Source: Chlamydiales bacterium
GTDB lineage: Bacteria; Chlamydiota; Chlamydiia; Chlamydiales; JAAKFR01
Assembly: GCA_024233495.1 (NCBI GenBank)
Contig: JACKPM010000002.1
Span: 21,377 to 85,376 of the forward strand
DNA length: 64,000 nucleotides
Direction of reading: 5' to 3'
The position numbers and the translations under genes were made by a program. This document shows positions 33,844 through 41,990 of this stretch, piece after piece (positions within the stretch are counted from its first letter, which is position 1; each line of letters opens with the position of its first letter). Below the pieces are notes generated by a model. The model did not search any database. It saw only the letters and a list, made by a program, of their open reading frames with translations, and was not told where the DNA came from.

Positions 33844-35141
33844 CAGCCCGGCCAGTACTTTTCAATTAACCCTTGCTTCATCCCCACCTCGTGACGCTGG
33901 AAACATTCAGCGAGAATCTTCCACCCCAAATCGAGAGCCTCTTCAAGAGTGATGTTCACCTCAAGGTTCATCATCTCCTTTTCAAAAAGCTCGCTGTAGT
34001 GCAACAGCTTTTCATCCCACCGACTCAACTTAAAGCCCATAGCTTCTCTCTCACGCGCTTTCTTAGAGTCTGCATAAAGACGAATCATACAGTTGGCAAT
34101 GTCGCCGTGATCTTCTCTAGTTACCTTTCCAATCACCTGCTGCTTAAGGCGGGAAAGGGAACCGAATGGGTCGATGAAGCCGCCGTGCAAGTAGAACTGC
34201 CCCTCTGTGATGTAGCCCGTGTTATCAGGAACAGGGTGGGTCACATCATCACCTGGCATTGTAGTCACACTGATGAGTGTAATCGAACCGCTGTCAGCGA
34301 TGTCCACCGCTTTCTCATAGCGGGAAGCCAAGTCTGAGTAAAGCGAGCCTGGGTAGCCACGGTTAGAAGGCACTTGGTCCATCGTGATCGAAATTTCTTT
34401 AATCGCATCAGCAAAGGCAGTCATGTCTGTCAACAGTACGAGCACATCCTTCCCTTGCGTCGCAAACTTCTCCGCTGCTGCAAGCGCCATGTCAGGGGCG
34501 AGCATACACTCCACCGCTGGATCAGTGGCGCGGTGGATGAACATCGCCGTTCGATCACTCGAACCTGAGCTCTCAGCATTATCAATAAATGCCTGATAGT
34601 CAGCAAATGTGAGCCCCATTCCCCCAATCACTACAACATCGGCATCCGTTTGGTTAGCAATACGCATCAACACTTGGTTGTATGGCTCCCCTGCAACAGA
34701 GAAAATTGGAATCTTTTGCGACTTGACCAAGCAGTTGAAGACGTCGATCATCGGAATATTGGTGCGCACCATCTGCTTAGGAATAATTCTTTTTACAGGA
34801 TTGAAAGAGGGTTGCCCAATCGCAACACTCTCTCCCTCAATTTTCGGTCCCCCATCGATCGGCACGCCAGCTCCATTGAGGCGGCGCCCTAAAAGCGCAT
34901 CGCCGTAGACCACTTCCATTTCTCGGTTCAAAAAGACTACCTTATCGCCAGTGGAAATCCCGCGCGTACCTCCAAACACCTGCAAGGTGACTTGATCTCC
35001 CTCAAAACGCAGAACAGAGGCTAAAGTCACCGTACCGTCGCTTTTTTGCACCTGTGCTAGCTCACCAAGCTCAGCTTTTTCAGCCGTAACGGTGATCAAG
35101 TTCCCTCTCATGTCATTGATTCGGTCGTGTATCTTCTTCAT
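33843..35141 (-). CDS. atpB: V-type ATPase subunit B
   Basis: 432 aa with clear A/V-type B-subunit similarity. 4-nt overlap with atpA. Confidence 0.95.
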
Positions 35142-36889
35142 ATCTTCCTTGCTGATTCGATCTTTTCTTGCACCTCTTTGAGCACCCCATTGTATGCGTC
35201 GCTTTGATATTCGATGGAGTTCATGCTTTTGATTTTACCCTGAAGCGTGAGGAAAAACTGCCGCGCATGGTCGCGATCTGGAAAGCTAAACTGCGTTTCA
35301 AAGATCTGGTTGATCAATTGGAAAAGGGGCACTTGCCTCTCAATTGGGCAGTAAGAATCTACCTCGTCGAAGGCATTTTGCTGCAAGTAGCAAAAGTCGT
35401 AGAGCTCTGCTTTAAGGTGAATCACAATATCATCAATTGTAGTGCCCTCTTCACCTACAACTTCCATCCGCTTCCCAATCTCATCCCCCTCTTTGAGGAA
35501 TTTAGCTGCGCGCAGCACCATCTCGTGCCACCCTGCGACTTTTTTCTCCAACTCTTTCCCGACGATAGGACCATACTTCGACCACGAAATCAACGGGTCA
35601 ATTGCAGGATAACGCCGTGCATCTGAGCGCGCGCGAGAAAGACCGCAAAAAGCGCCCACTACTGAGAGAGTGGCTTGCGTCACTGGCTCTTCGAAGCTTC
35701 CTCCAGCAGGTGAGACCGCTCCACAAACTGTGACAGAGCCAAAATCACCACTTTTAAGGGAAACAACACCGGCGCGCTCATAAAAAGAAGCGATACGCGA
35801 TGCGAGATATGCAGGGAAGGCCTCCTCACCTGGGATCTCTTCCAAACGGCCCGACATCTCTCGAAGCGCCTGTGCCCATCGAGAAGTGGAGTCTGCCAAA
35901 AGAAGCACATCAAGTCCCATTTGCCGATAATACTCGGCAATCGTCATTCCCATATAGATCGATGACTCACGCGCTGCCACAGGCATCGATGAGGTGTTGC
36001 AAATGATTGCTGTGCGCGTAATGAGCGGCTCATTTGTATGAGGATCAATGAGTTCAGGAAACTCCTGCAAAATCTCTACAACTTCACCTGCACGTTCACC
36101 GCATGCGCATACAACCACAATGTCAACTGAAGAATACTTGGAAAGGTGATGCTGAATCACCGTTTTTCCCGCACCAAAGGGGCCAGGAGTACAGAAAGTT
36201 CCTCCCTTCAAGATGGGCACTTGCGTGTCCAACACACGCAGTCCAGTATCCATCATCTTAAATGGCTTTACTTTTTCCCCTTCAAATAGCCCCATCTTCA
36301 CTGGCCACTTTTGTGCCATTGTGAATGAGATCTCTTCCCCCTTCTCATTGGTGCCACGCGCCACCACAGTATCGATGTTGTATTTTCCAGGGGAGATCAT
36401 CCAGGTGATAGTGATCTTACTATAAACTGAGAAAGGAAGCATCACCTTGTGTGTAAAGCGTCCCTCAGGAGTTGTCCCTAATACATCGCCGCGTACGAGT
36501 TGGTCGCCAACTTTTGCAACAGGGGTGTAATCCCACTCTTTTTTTCTGTCGAGAGGAGGCACATAGATTCCACGGGGCAAAAAGTAGCCAGATTCTTCTG
36601 CAATCGTCTCAAGACGATTTTGCAAGCCATCGAAAATCGACTCCAAAAGACCGGGACCAAGCTCAGCCTCCAAAAGATCTCCGGAGAAATGCACCTCGGT
36701 GCCAAGGTCTACACCTCGCGTGTCTTCAAAGACTTGAAGCTTTACCTCGTCCCCAACAATTTCGATCACCTCGGACTTCAGCTTCGTATCTCCAAGCTGC
36801 ACAAAGCCCACTTCTCCTTGCCGCACATCCCCCTCAAATTTAACCTGCAGCAGGTTTCCAAATGCGCGGACAACCTCTCCCTTGCTCAT
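35138..36889 (-). CDS. atpA: V-type ATPase catalytic subunit A
   Basis: Walker [10 protein letters not shown], 583 aa, typical A-subunit blocks. Confidence 0.95.
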   Translation of the reverse strand: MSKGEVVRAFGNLLQVKFEGDVRQGEVGFVQLGDTKLKSEVIEIVGDEVKLQVFEDTRGVDLGTEVHFSGDLLEAELGPGLLESIFDGLQNRLETIAEESGYFLPRGIYVPPLDRKKEWDYTPVAKVGDQLVRGDVLGTTPEGRFTHKVMLPFSVYSKITITWMISPGKYNIDTVVARGTNEKGEEISFTMAQKWPVKMGLFEGEKVKPFKMMDTGLRVLDTQVPILKGGTFCTPGPFGAGKTVIQHHLSKYSSVDIVVVCACGERAGEVVEILQEFPELIDPHTNEPLITRTAIICNTSSMPVAARESSIYMGMTIAEYYRQMGLDVLLLADSTSRWAQALREMSGRLEEIPGEEAFPAYLASRIASFYERAGVVSLKSGDFGSVTVCGAVSPAGGSFEEPVTQATLSVVGAFCGLSRARSDARRYPAIDPLISWSKYGPIVGKELEKKVAGWHEMVLRAAKFLKEGDEIGKRMEVVGEEGTTIDDIVIHLKAELYDFCYLQQNAFDEVDSYCPIERQVPLFQLINQIFETQFSFPDRDHARQFFLTLQGKIKSMNSIEYQSDAYNGVLKEVQEKIESARKI

Positions 36890-37680
36890 TTCACTCCCTC
36901 TTCAATCAGGTCAATCACAGCAACCCCTTTTTGTACATCCAACTCTTGCCATTTCTCTACAAGAATAAGACGCGCCATATAATTTAAAATACGATCCACT
37001 GTGAAGATCGCTTCTCCCCACTTTTGCACTATCTCTGCAAACTGATACGCATAAAGCGCTTTGTGCAACTCTAGCGGATTATTCGCATGCTCTTCAAATA
37101 CTGGGCGCAACTCTTTATACTCGAAGGGAGGCTCATACTCTGCAGCATCCTTCTGCGCTAAAATCTGCGCTACTAGTGGGTCTGTTGCATCCTCGTACTG
37201 CAATTCAGCTACGATATCTTTTTTCATCTTCTTAGCACGAAAGCCCACAAGAACCAACTGCCAATCGCGCTGAAATTGAAAATATTCTTGCAAGAAGCCG
37301 TCATTGCTCTCACACTCATCAGCATAAAAATCGACAAGCAGCCTTTGGAAGTGTGTGAATCGCTCCTCACCCTCTTGGTATTTTTCAAGGAACTCAACTA
37401 AATAGTCAGGAAACTGCTCTTTTTCAGACCACGCTAGATCTGTAAGCGCCTGCTCAATTCCATCATGACTGAGATTGCCTCTTGGGTCGATTGGTTCTTT
37501 CACCCAAAAAGCGCGGAAATTCTCCAGATCGATTTGACGCAAAAGGCGTTGCGTCTTTAAAAGATCTTCTGGCAACAGATTGACCCGCAACAGCTCCTTT
37601 AGCTCCACCATGCCAAGATCGGGAACGTGCCCAATCTCGAGCTCCGGCAATAGGGAGGCCAGGAAATAATACTCTTTCAT
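36886..37680 (-). CDS. DUF2764-like protein in the V-ATPase operon (possible subunit C analogue)
   Basis: 264 aa ORF between atpE and atpA, overlapping the atpA start by 4 nt. This is the same position as the conserved chlamydial hypothetical gene (recollection). Confidence 0.6.
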   Translation of the reverse strand: MKEYYFLASLLPELEIGHVPDLGMVELKELLRVNLLPEDLLKTQRLLRQIDLENFRAFWVKEPIDPRGNLSHDGIEQALTDLAWSEKEQFPDYLVEFLEKYQEGEERFTHFQRLLVDFYADECESNDGFLQEYFQFQRDWQLVLVGFRAKKMKKDIVAELQYEDATDPLVAQILAQKDAAEYEPPFEYKELRPVFEEHANNPLELHKALYAYQFAEIVQKWGEAIFTVDRILNYMARLILVEKWQELDVQKGVAVIDLIEEGVK

Positions 37681-37731
37681 ATTAGACGTACGTCAAGTTG
37701 CCCCTTCTCTCTTTTCCTTGAAATACAGCGC

Positions 37732-38361
37732 TTAGCCTTCTTTAAATAGGAGAGGACGGAAGTCCTTCCTTATATACTTTCCAATCAAGTCCTTCAGCGC
37801 TTCGTCCGAAATATCCAAAATCATACGACGGTCACGCAACTTCAACTGCACTCCCCCAATAAAGTCAGCGACTTTAACTTCTTTTCCCTGCAGCTTGTCT
37901 AAAACTTGCTGCCCAAGAGCTGCCATTAATGCTTCTTTCGGCACCGCAGTGCCAATAAAACCTGCAAAATCAGCACTCGTGCCTTCCTTTTGCACAGCAG
38001 AAATCAAAGCAGAAAGAAGCTCTGCTTGCAACTTAGGGTCAACAGTCTGCTTCTGAACCCAGGCGGCCAACTCATCGCTAAATAGCTTGCTTTCAATATC
38101 CTGACGCAGAGCCTCTACACCTTGCTTACAAGCAGCGGCTAGACTTGTTTCGAAAACTTTGCGCTCTTGTACGAGCTGATCATGCGCCTTTTGAATGAGC
38201 GCTTTTGCTCGTTCTTCAGCGTCATGAATGATGGAGCGACTCTTCTCTTCTGCTTTTTGGATAATGGCTTGCGCCTCTTCTTTAGCAGGATCAAGCGTCT
38301 CGGCGCGCAGCTGGTCGCAAATTTTTTTGATTTTATCTTTGCCAGTTTCTAACTGATTCAT
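37732..38361 (-). CDS. atpE: V-type ATPase subunit E
   Basis: 209 aa. The N-terminal long charged helix (AEEKSRSIIHDAEERAKALIQKA) is typical of subunit E. First gene of the operon. Confidence 0.8.
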   Translation of the reverse strand: MNQLETGKDKIKKICDQLRAETLDPAKEEAQAIIQKAEEKSRSIIHDAEERAKALIQKAHDQLVQERKVFETSLAAACKQGVEALRQDIESKLFSDELAAWVQKQTVDPKLQAELLSALISAVQKEGTSADFAGFIGTAVPKEALMAALGQQVLDKLQGKEVKVADFIGGVQLKLRDRRMILDISDEALKDLIGKYIRKDFRPLLFKEG

Positions 38362-38430
38362 TATTCTCCACCCTAGGTACCGAAAACCGGAGTTTCTCAG
38401 AGAAATCCATTAATTTCAAGGAGAATAGCA

Positions 38431-38913
38431 ATGTTGCGTCAAACCCTTTTCACACTACTACTGCTTACAGGTTTGCTAGGAGCGCACAATGTACACCTCA
38501 CCCTTCCTGATGGGTGGGAGTGTGTGACAGACATGGCGCAGCTTCCCAAAAAAGTGAAAATGATCGCCATTGGTCAATCATCAAGTAAGTTCACCCCCTC
38601 TATCAATCTTGCAACTGAAGAGACGGATTTAGATATTCAGGAGTATGTAGATACAGCTAAAATGTATCATGAGAGTGAACCTGAGACAGAAGTGACGTAT
38701 ATGGGCCGCATCCCCACTAAGTCAGGGAATGCCTTTCTCTTGCAAATTGATCGGCGCACTGATTGGGGTATTGTCCGTTTCATGCAAGCTGCGTTGATCG
38801 ATGAAGAAACGGCTTACGTAGTGACTGCCACATGTTTAAGAGATGAGTTTGCAAACTATTGTGGACGCTTTTTTGATTCCATAAAGTCGTTTGAGATTGA
38901 TAAAAAAGATTGA
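38431..38913 (+). CDS. secreted hypothetical protein
   Basis: Signal peptide MLRQTLFTLLLLTGLLGA. 160 aa. Confidence 0.5.
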   Translation: MLRQTLFTLLLLTGLLGAHNVHLTLPDGWECVTDMAQLPKKVKMIAIGQSSSKFTPSINLATEETDLDIQEYVDTAKMYHESEPETEVTYMGRIPTKSGNAFLLQIDRRTDWGIVRFMQAALIDEETAYVVTATCLRDEFANYCGRFFDSIKSFEIDKKD

Positions 38914-38947
38914 TGCCAAAAACAAATTTGTGGTAATTCTAACCTAT

Positions 38948-39526
38948 ATGAGAAAGCTTTTTGCGATTACTGTTGCGTCGATGATGTGTTGCCAACCATT
39001 CTTACAGGCTGACGGCAATACATTCTTGGACTACCAAAACTACAATCACGGCTACTGCCCTGATTGCAATAGCTGCCCGTGCAACTGCCCTTCGCAGCCC
39101 TACCGTTCATGCCCACTGCCTCAAAATAGCTGCCCGCCTGCTACCCCCTACAACGACAACATCCAACCCTGCTATCCAAGCTGCCCTGGTCAACCACAGC
39201 AACCCTGCAGCACCTGCCCACCACAGCAACCTTGTAGTACCTGCCCTGGGCAACAACCCTGCAGTACCTGCCCACCACAGCAACCTTGTGGTACCTGCCC
39301 ACAGCAGCCATCGTCTAACAGCTGTGCAGCACAGTCATGCAATACATGCCCACCCCCAAAACCAGTTTGTGCACCTCCTCCTCCCCCATGCGACCCCTCT
39401 GCACCAGTTTATGGAGCGCGGACCGGCGTCTCGATCTGTGCAATTGGCTTCTCCCTTCTCGCAGTGGGAGCAGCCGCCGCGATTATTGTGACCTCCAATA
39501 ACGGAACGAGTCATGGATCATCTTAA
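38948..39526 (+). CDS. Cys/Pro-rich repeat protein with signal peptide and C-terminal TM tail
   Basis: The start is trimmed to MRKLFAITVASMMCCQPFLQA. There are many CxxC/CP motifs and tandem CPPQQPCST repeats. The C-terminus is ICAIGFSLLAVGAAAAIIVTSNNGTSHGSS. Confidence 0.6.
   Translation: MRKLFAITVASMMCCQPFLQADGNTFLDYQNYNHGYCPDCNSCPCNCPSQPYRSCPLPQNSCPPATPYNDNIQPCYPSCPGQPQQPCSTCPPQQPCSTCPGQQPCSTCPPQQPCGTCPQQPSSNSCAAQSCNTCPPPKPVCAPPPPPCDPSAPVYGARTGVSICAIGFSLLAVGAAAAIIVTSNNGTSHGSS
39182..39313 (+). repeat. tandem 27-bp coding repeats (about 4.5 units)
   Basis: Units TGCCC(A/T)(C/G)(C/G)ACA(G/A)CAACC(C/T)TG(C/T)(A/G)G(C/T)ACC begin at 39215, 39242 and 39269. A longer first unit begins at 39182 and a partial unit begins at 39296. 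Confidence 0.85.
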
Positions 39527-39551
39527 TGAAAAACCCGAGAGGAGAGAAAAA

Positions 39552-39809
39552 ATGAAGCAATTTGCGAAAATCATGTTGATATTAGCAGTGATATGCGGTT
39601 TCAGCACGTCTAGCCTGTATGCTCAAGAGTACTACTATGAGCCAATGAATGTAGAGTACACAGATAGCTATGAAACTGAATACTATGAGCCTGCATATGT
39701 AGCAGGAGCAAGCTCAAACCACGGCTGGTGGTCTTGGGGTGCTGCGCTGCTTGCAGTAGGTGGCATCGTTGGCATTGCAGTCTCAAACAGCCAGACAAGC
39801 CACAACTAA
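39552..39809 (+). CDS. small secreted Tyr/Glu-rich protein with C-terminal TM tail
   Basis: MKQFAKIMLILAVICGFSTSSLYA signal peptide. The C-terminus WGAALLAVGGIVGIAVSNSQTSHN resembles the tail of the upstream protein. Confidence 0.5.
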   Translation: MKQFAKIMLILAVICGFSTSSLYAQEYYYEPMNVEYTDSYETEYYEPAYVAGASSNHGWWSWGAALLAVGGIVGIAVSNSQTSHN

Positions 39810-39835
39810 AGTGTTTTCTACCTTAGAAGTTTTTA

Positions 39836-39866
39836 AAAGGGGCGCCCTTCTGGGCGTCCTTTATTT
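39836..39866 (+). terminator. putative intrinsic terminator
   Basis: Stem GGGGCGCCC / GGGCGTCCT (imperfect) with loop TTCT, followed by TTATTT, 27 nt after the stop at 39809. Confidence 0.45.
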
Positions 39867-39867
39867 C

Positions 39868-40284
39868 ATGGCAACATCTTGCCGTCAAACCACTGACTGG
39901 AGCTTTCTTGAACAACCCAAAAGAGGGTACCGTTCAGCCACACTTTGCCACGCTCCCTCAGGCCTACGTACCCACGAGCTCAGCATGCAACTTCTGAAGA
40001 CGCAATCGGGGTTGACGGCTTATATAAGCCGTTCAGTGGGAAAGTTCCGCGCTAACAGCGATGGCAATGTAGATTTCTTTATCAAAGCAGGAGAGCACAC
40101 AGTGCAAACTACGGCTCACTGCATGAGCGGGGGGCAAAAATGCCTCCTAACCCAAGAAGGCGCGCAGGCCATCATATCGCTGCTGCTTCAAAATAAAGAG
40201 GTTGTTGTCTATACAAAACGCATGTGTACAACTCTCTCACCTAAGAAGTTCTCCACATACTACCAAAAGATCGAAAAAATTTAA
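39868..40284 (+). CDS. hypothetical protein (138 aa)
   Basis: First ATG after the terminator-like hairpin. The longer ORF start (39760) lies inside the previous gene. No motif recognised. Confidence 0.4.
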   Translation: MATSCRQTTDWSFLEQPKRGYRSATLCHAPSGLRTHELSMQLLKTQSGLTAYISRSVGKFRANSDGNVDFFIKAGEHTVQTTAHCMSGGQKCLLTQEGAQAIISLLLQNKEVVVYTKRMCTTLSPKKFSTYYQKIEKI

Positions 40285-40391
40285 GCGCTTAAGCTTTAGA
40301 CCTTTCAAGAAGAGCAAAAGAAGTCCAAAGTTTGATCAAAATGCATCTTTGATCTTTTGACCAATCTCAATGTCAATATTAGACCAGTACT

Positions 40392-40553
40392 TATAGTCAA
40401 ATCGGTTGAAAATTTTACAAATTCGTGCCAGATGGCAAAGCCAAAGTAAGCACAAAGTTCGACTTAGACCATTTATGGTCTATGAGAATGAGCGCAATCT
40501 TTGGTGAAGCCAAATGGTATGAATTTGTAAAATTTTCAACCGATTTGACTATA
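40392..40553. mobile_element. MITE-B copy 2 (162 bp)
   Basis: Same TIRs and core as copies 1 and 3, with TA at both ends. Confidence 0.85.
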
Positions 40554-40593
40554 AAAGTGCGTTCTAAGATAGGCTTTGATACACCATCTTTAA

Positions 40594-40648
40594 GGTGCAT
40601 TGTTGAATAAGTCAATCTCTGGAAGTCTTTCGGGTGATTTTGTCCTGA
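40594..40648. mobile_element. orphan end of the IS903-like element
   Basis: GGTGCATTGTTGAATAAGTCAATCTCTGGAAGTCTTTCGGGTGATTTTGTCCTG matches, with a few substitutions, the reverse complement of the right end of the IS (43046-43098). It is cut off by MITE-A at 40650. Confidence 0.6.
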
Positions 40649-40649
40649 C

Positions 40650-40816
40650 TAGATGGTGTCGTCAAATTTTCTCCTTTGTGAGGCGAGAGATTTTCTAGGC
40701 AAAATGCGCAATCGAAAGCGAAGGGAGTAGCCAAAGTGCTACTTCCGAGGTTGCGAGGGCGCATTTTGGCAGAAAAGATCCGGCTGACAAAGGAGAAAAT
40801 TTGACGACACCATCTA
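40650..40816. mobile_element. MITE-A solo copy (167 bp)
   Basis: Complete arm-core-arm structure, near-identical to 5842-6008, with TA termini. Confidence 0.85.
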
Positions 40817-40817
40817 G

Positions 40818-41071
40818 TATCTCTGATTTTAGCATTAAGCCTGAGCCTAGCAGGTTATCATCTTTTGGTAATCGGCAGGCTTATATCCGATCCATGCGCT
40901 GTCCCTCATGCACCACAAACATTGGCTGAATTTCAATCTATGCTAAATGCTCCCCTCCCCTGCGCTACTGCAAGCTGGAGGCTTCTAGGAATTCCTATTT
41001 CGGCCTACAACTTAGTCCTCTCAACCGGCATGCTATTGTTACTCTTAGCTAAAGGGTTTAGAAGAGCATAA
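40818..41071 (+). pseudogene. dsbB: 3' fragment of a DsbB-like disulfide oxidoreductase gene
   Basis: The reading frame is open from the MITE-A boundary: ..SLILALSLSLAGYHLLVIGRLISDPC..(21 aa)..PCATASWRLLGIPISAYNLVLSTGMLLLLLAKGFRRA. It resembles the second periplasmic loop (Cys pair) plus the last TM of E. coli DsbB (CAERQWDFLGLEMPQW..). The N-terminal half is absent. Confidence 0.5.
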
Positions 41072-41099
41072 GTATCCCAACAGCTCTTTTGCTCTCTGG

Positions 41100-41351
41100 C
41101 TATGTGCAGGCATGCACAAGTTTTGCCAAGGTCTTAATAGTTGGATTCTTACTTCTAAAGGCGTGGTATAGAGTGGTTTTCGGCAAATCCGCCTCACTTG
41201 CTAGCTGTGCTTTATTGCATGCCTCCAGGTGGATCTTAATAATTTCAATAACTCCTTCAGAATCACCATTTTTTAAACATTCCCAAATCGCACGCCCGAT
41301 ACGATCCTCATCTAGCAAAGCCTTTGTAGGGTTATAGCGGCTCACGCCCAT
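41100..41351 (-). CDS. HTH antitoxin (addiction-module antidote, HigA-like)
   Basis: 84 aa. The C-terminal HTH LASEADLPKTTLYHAFRSKNPTIKTLAKL is typical of the antidote partner of HigB-like killers. It lies downstream of the toxin. Confidence 0.7.
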   Translation of the reverse strand: MGVSRYNPTKALLDEDRIGRAIWECLKNGDSEGVIEIIKIHLEACNKAQLASEADLPKTTLYHAFRSKNPTIKTLAKLVHACT

Positions 41352-41379
41352 ATTTGCCTTAATGCTGCGTGGTTTCGAT

Positions 41380-41688
41380 TTACTCTGTGTACTTCTTGTA
41401 GAGACTTTTTGCCTTGCGGATATCCTTGTCTTGCCCATTTTTGTTCCCTCCCAACAGGATTAAGATTTTTTTCTCAGGTATATGAGCGAAGTAAATCCTC
41501 CGCCCATTCTTCCATCTCAGTTCCCAAACTTCCTGATTTACACTTACTGACTTATGATCACCAAAGTATGCTTCATACTGGATCCTAGATAAGCGGTCAT
41601 CAATTTGCACTTTTGTTTTTTCTGTCTGCTCTTCAAACCAGTCAACAAATTCAGGAGCTCGATAGAGTTGAAATGCACGCCCTTTCAT
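41380..41688 (-). CDS. RelE/ParE-superfamily toxin (addiction-module killer, HigB-like)
   Basis: 102 aa. The pattern F..W...L....K.KI..R...... G..GD.K.V...V.ELR...G.G.R.YF......I..LL.GG.K..Q..DI..A is typical of this killer family. Toxin-first gene order. Confidence 0.7.
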   Translation of the reverse strand: MKGRAFQLYRAPEFVDWFEEQTEKTKVQIDDRLSRIQYEAYFGDHKSVSVNQEVWELRWKNGRRIYFAHIPEKKILILLGGNKNGQDKDIRKAKSLYKKYTE

Positions 41689-41695
41689 TCTCTAG

Positions 41696-41717
41696 AATGT
41701 ACAATATATTGTACATT
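41696..41717. promoter_or_regulatory. perfect 22-bp palindrome, candidate TA operator
   Basis: AATGTACAATA|TATTGTACATT begins 8 nt upstream of the toxin ATG (41688). Confidence 0.5.
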
Positions 41718-41760
41718 ATCGCAAATATTTTTACCACTGCCCCTGATGACCATTTTTTGG

Positions 41761-41860
41761 GGCTGTGTTTCCAAAGTCCGAGCGTAATACGAGCTTTCGT
41801 TCCTTAAACTAGCGCGCCGAGGCATCACTAGCTCTGGCGGCTGTGTTTCCAAAGTTCGAG
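41761..41860. repeat. 22-nt direct repeat pair
   Basis: GGCTGTGTTTCCAAAGT(C/T)CGAG at 41761-41782 and 41839-41860 (21/22 identical). Confidence 0.6.
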
Positions 41861-41890
41861 AGGAAGTGTAGTTGAATAGCCCTTTCATTC

Positions 41891-41987
41891 ATCGCGGCGA
41901 AGCCGCGATGCCTTTTTTGGGATAGCGAGCAGGCCGCGCCTGCTCGCCCCCACGTGAGTTTTTAGCTGGCGTAGCCAGCTAAAAACT
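41891..41987. other. array of three consecutive perfect stem-loops abutting the IS left end
   Basis: Hairpin 1 is ATCGCGGC-gaa-GCCGCGAT followed by GCCTTTTTT (41891-41918). Hairpin 2 is GCGAGCAGG-ccgcg-CCTGCTCGC (41926-41948). Hairpin 3 is AGTTTTTAGCTGGC-gta-GCCAGCTAAAAACT (41957-41987). Confidence 0.7.
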
Positions 41988-41990
41988 TAC

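Noticed and set aside
40554-40597. The sequence left of the orphan IS end as the missing continuation of the catalase gene
   Set aside because: I translated the minus strand in all frames (for example HLKDGVSKPILERTF). None resembles the expected catalase continuation (..WDFWSL.PE..HQ..).
40415-40615. ORFs 40415-40615 (-) and 40425-40610 (+)
   Set aside because: Both are read from the two strands of MITE-B copy 2. Equivalent frames in the other copies are not conserved as ORFs.
41685-41888. ORF 41685-41888 (-), 67 aa
   Set aside because: It spans the direct-repeat region upstream of the toxin, so its peptide contains RTLETQP twice. It overlaps the toxin promoter and operator. No coding support.
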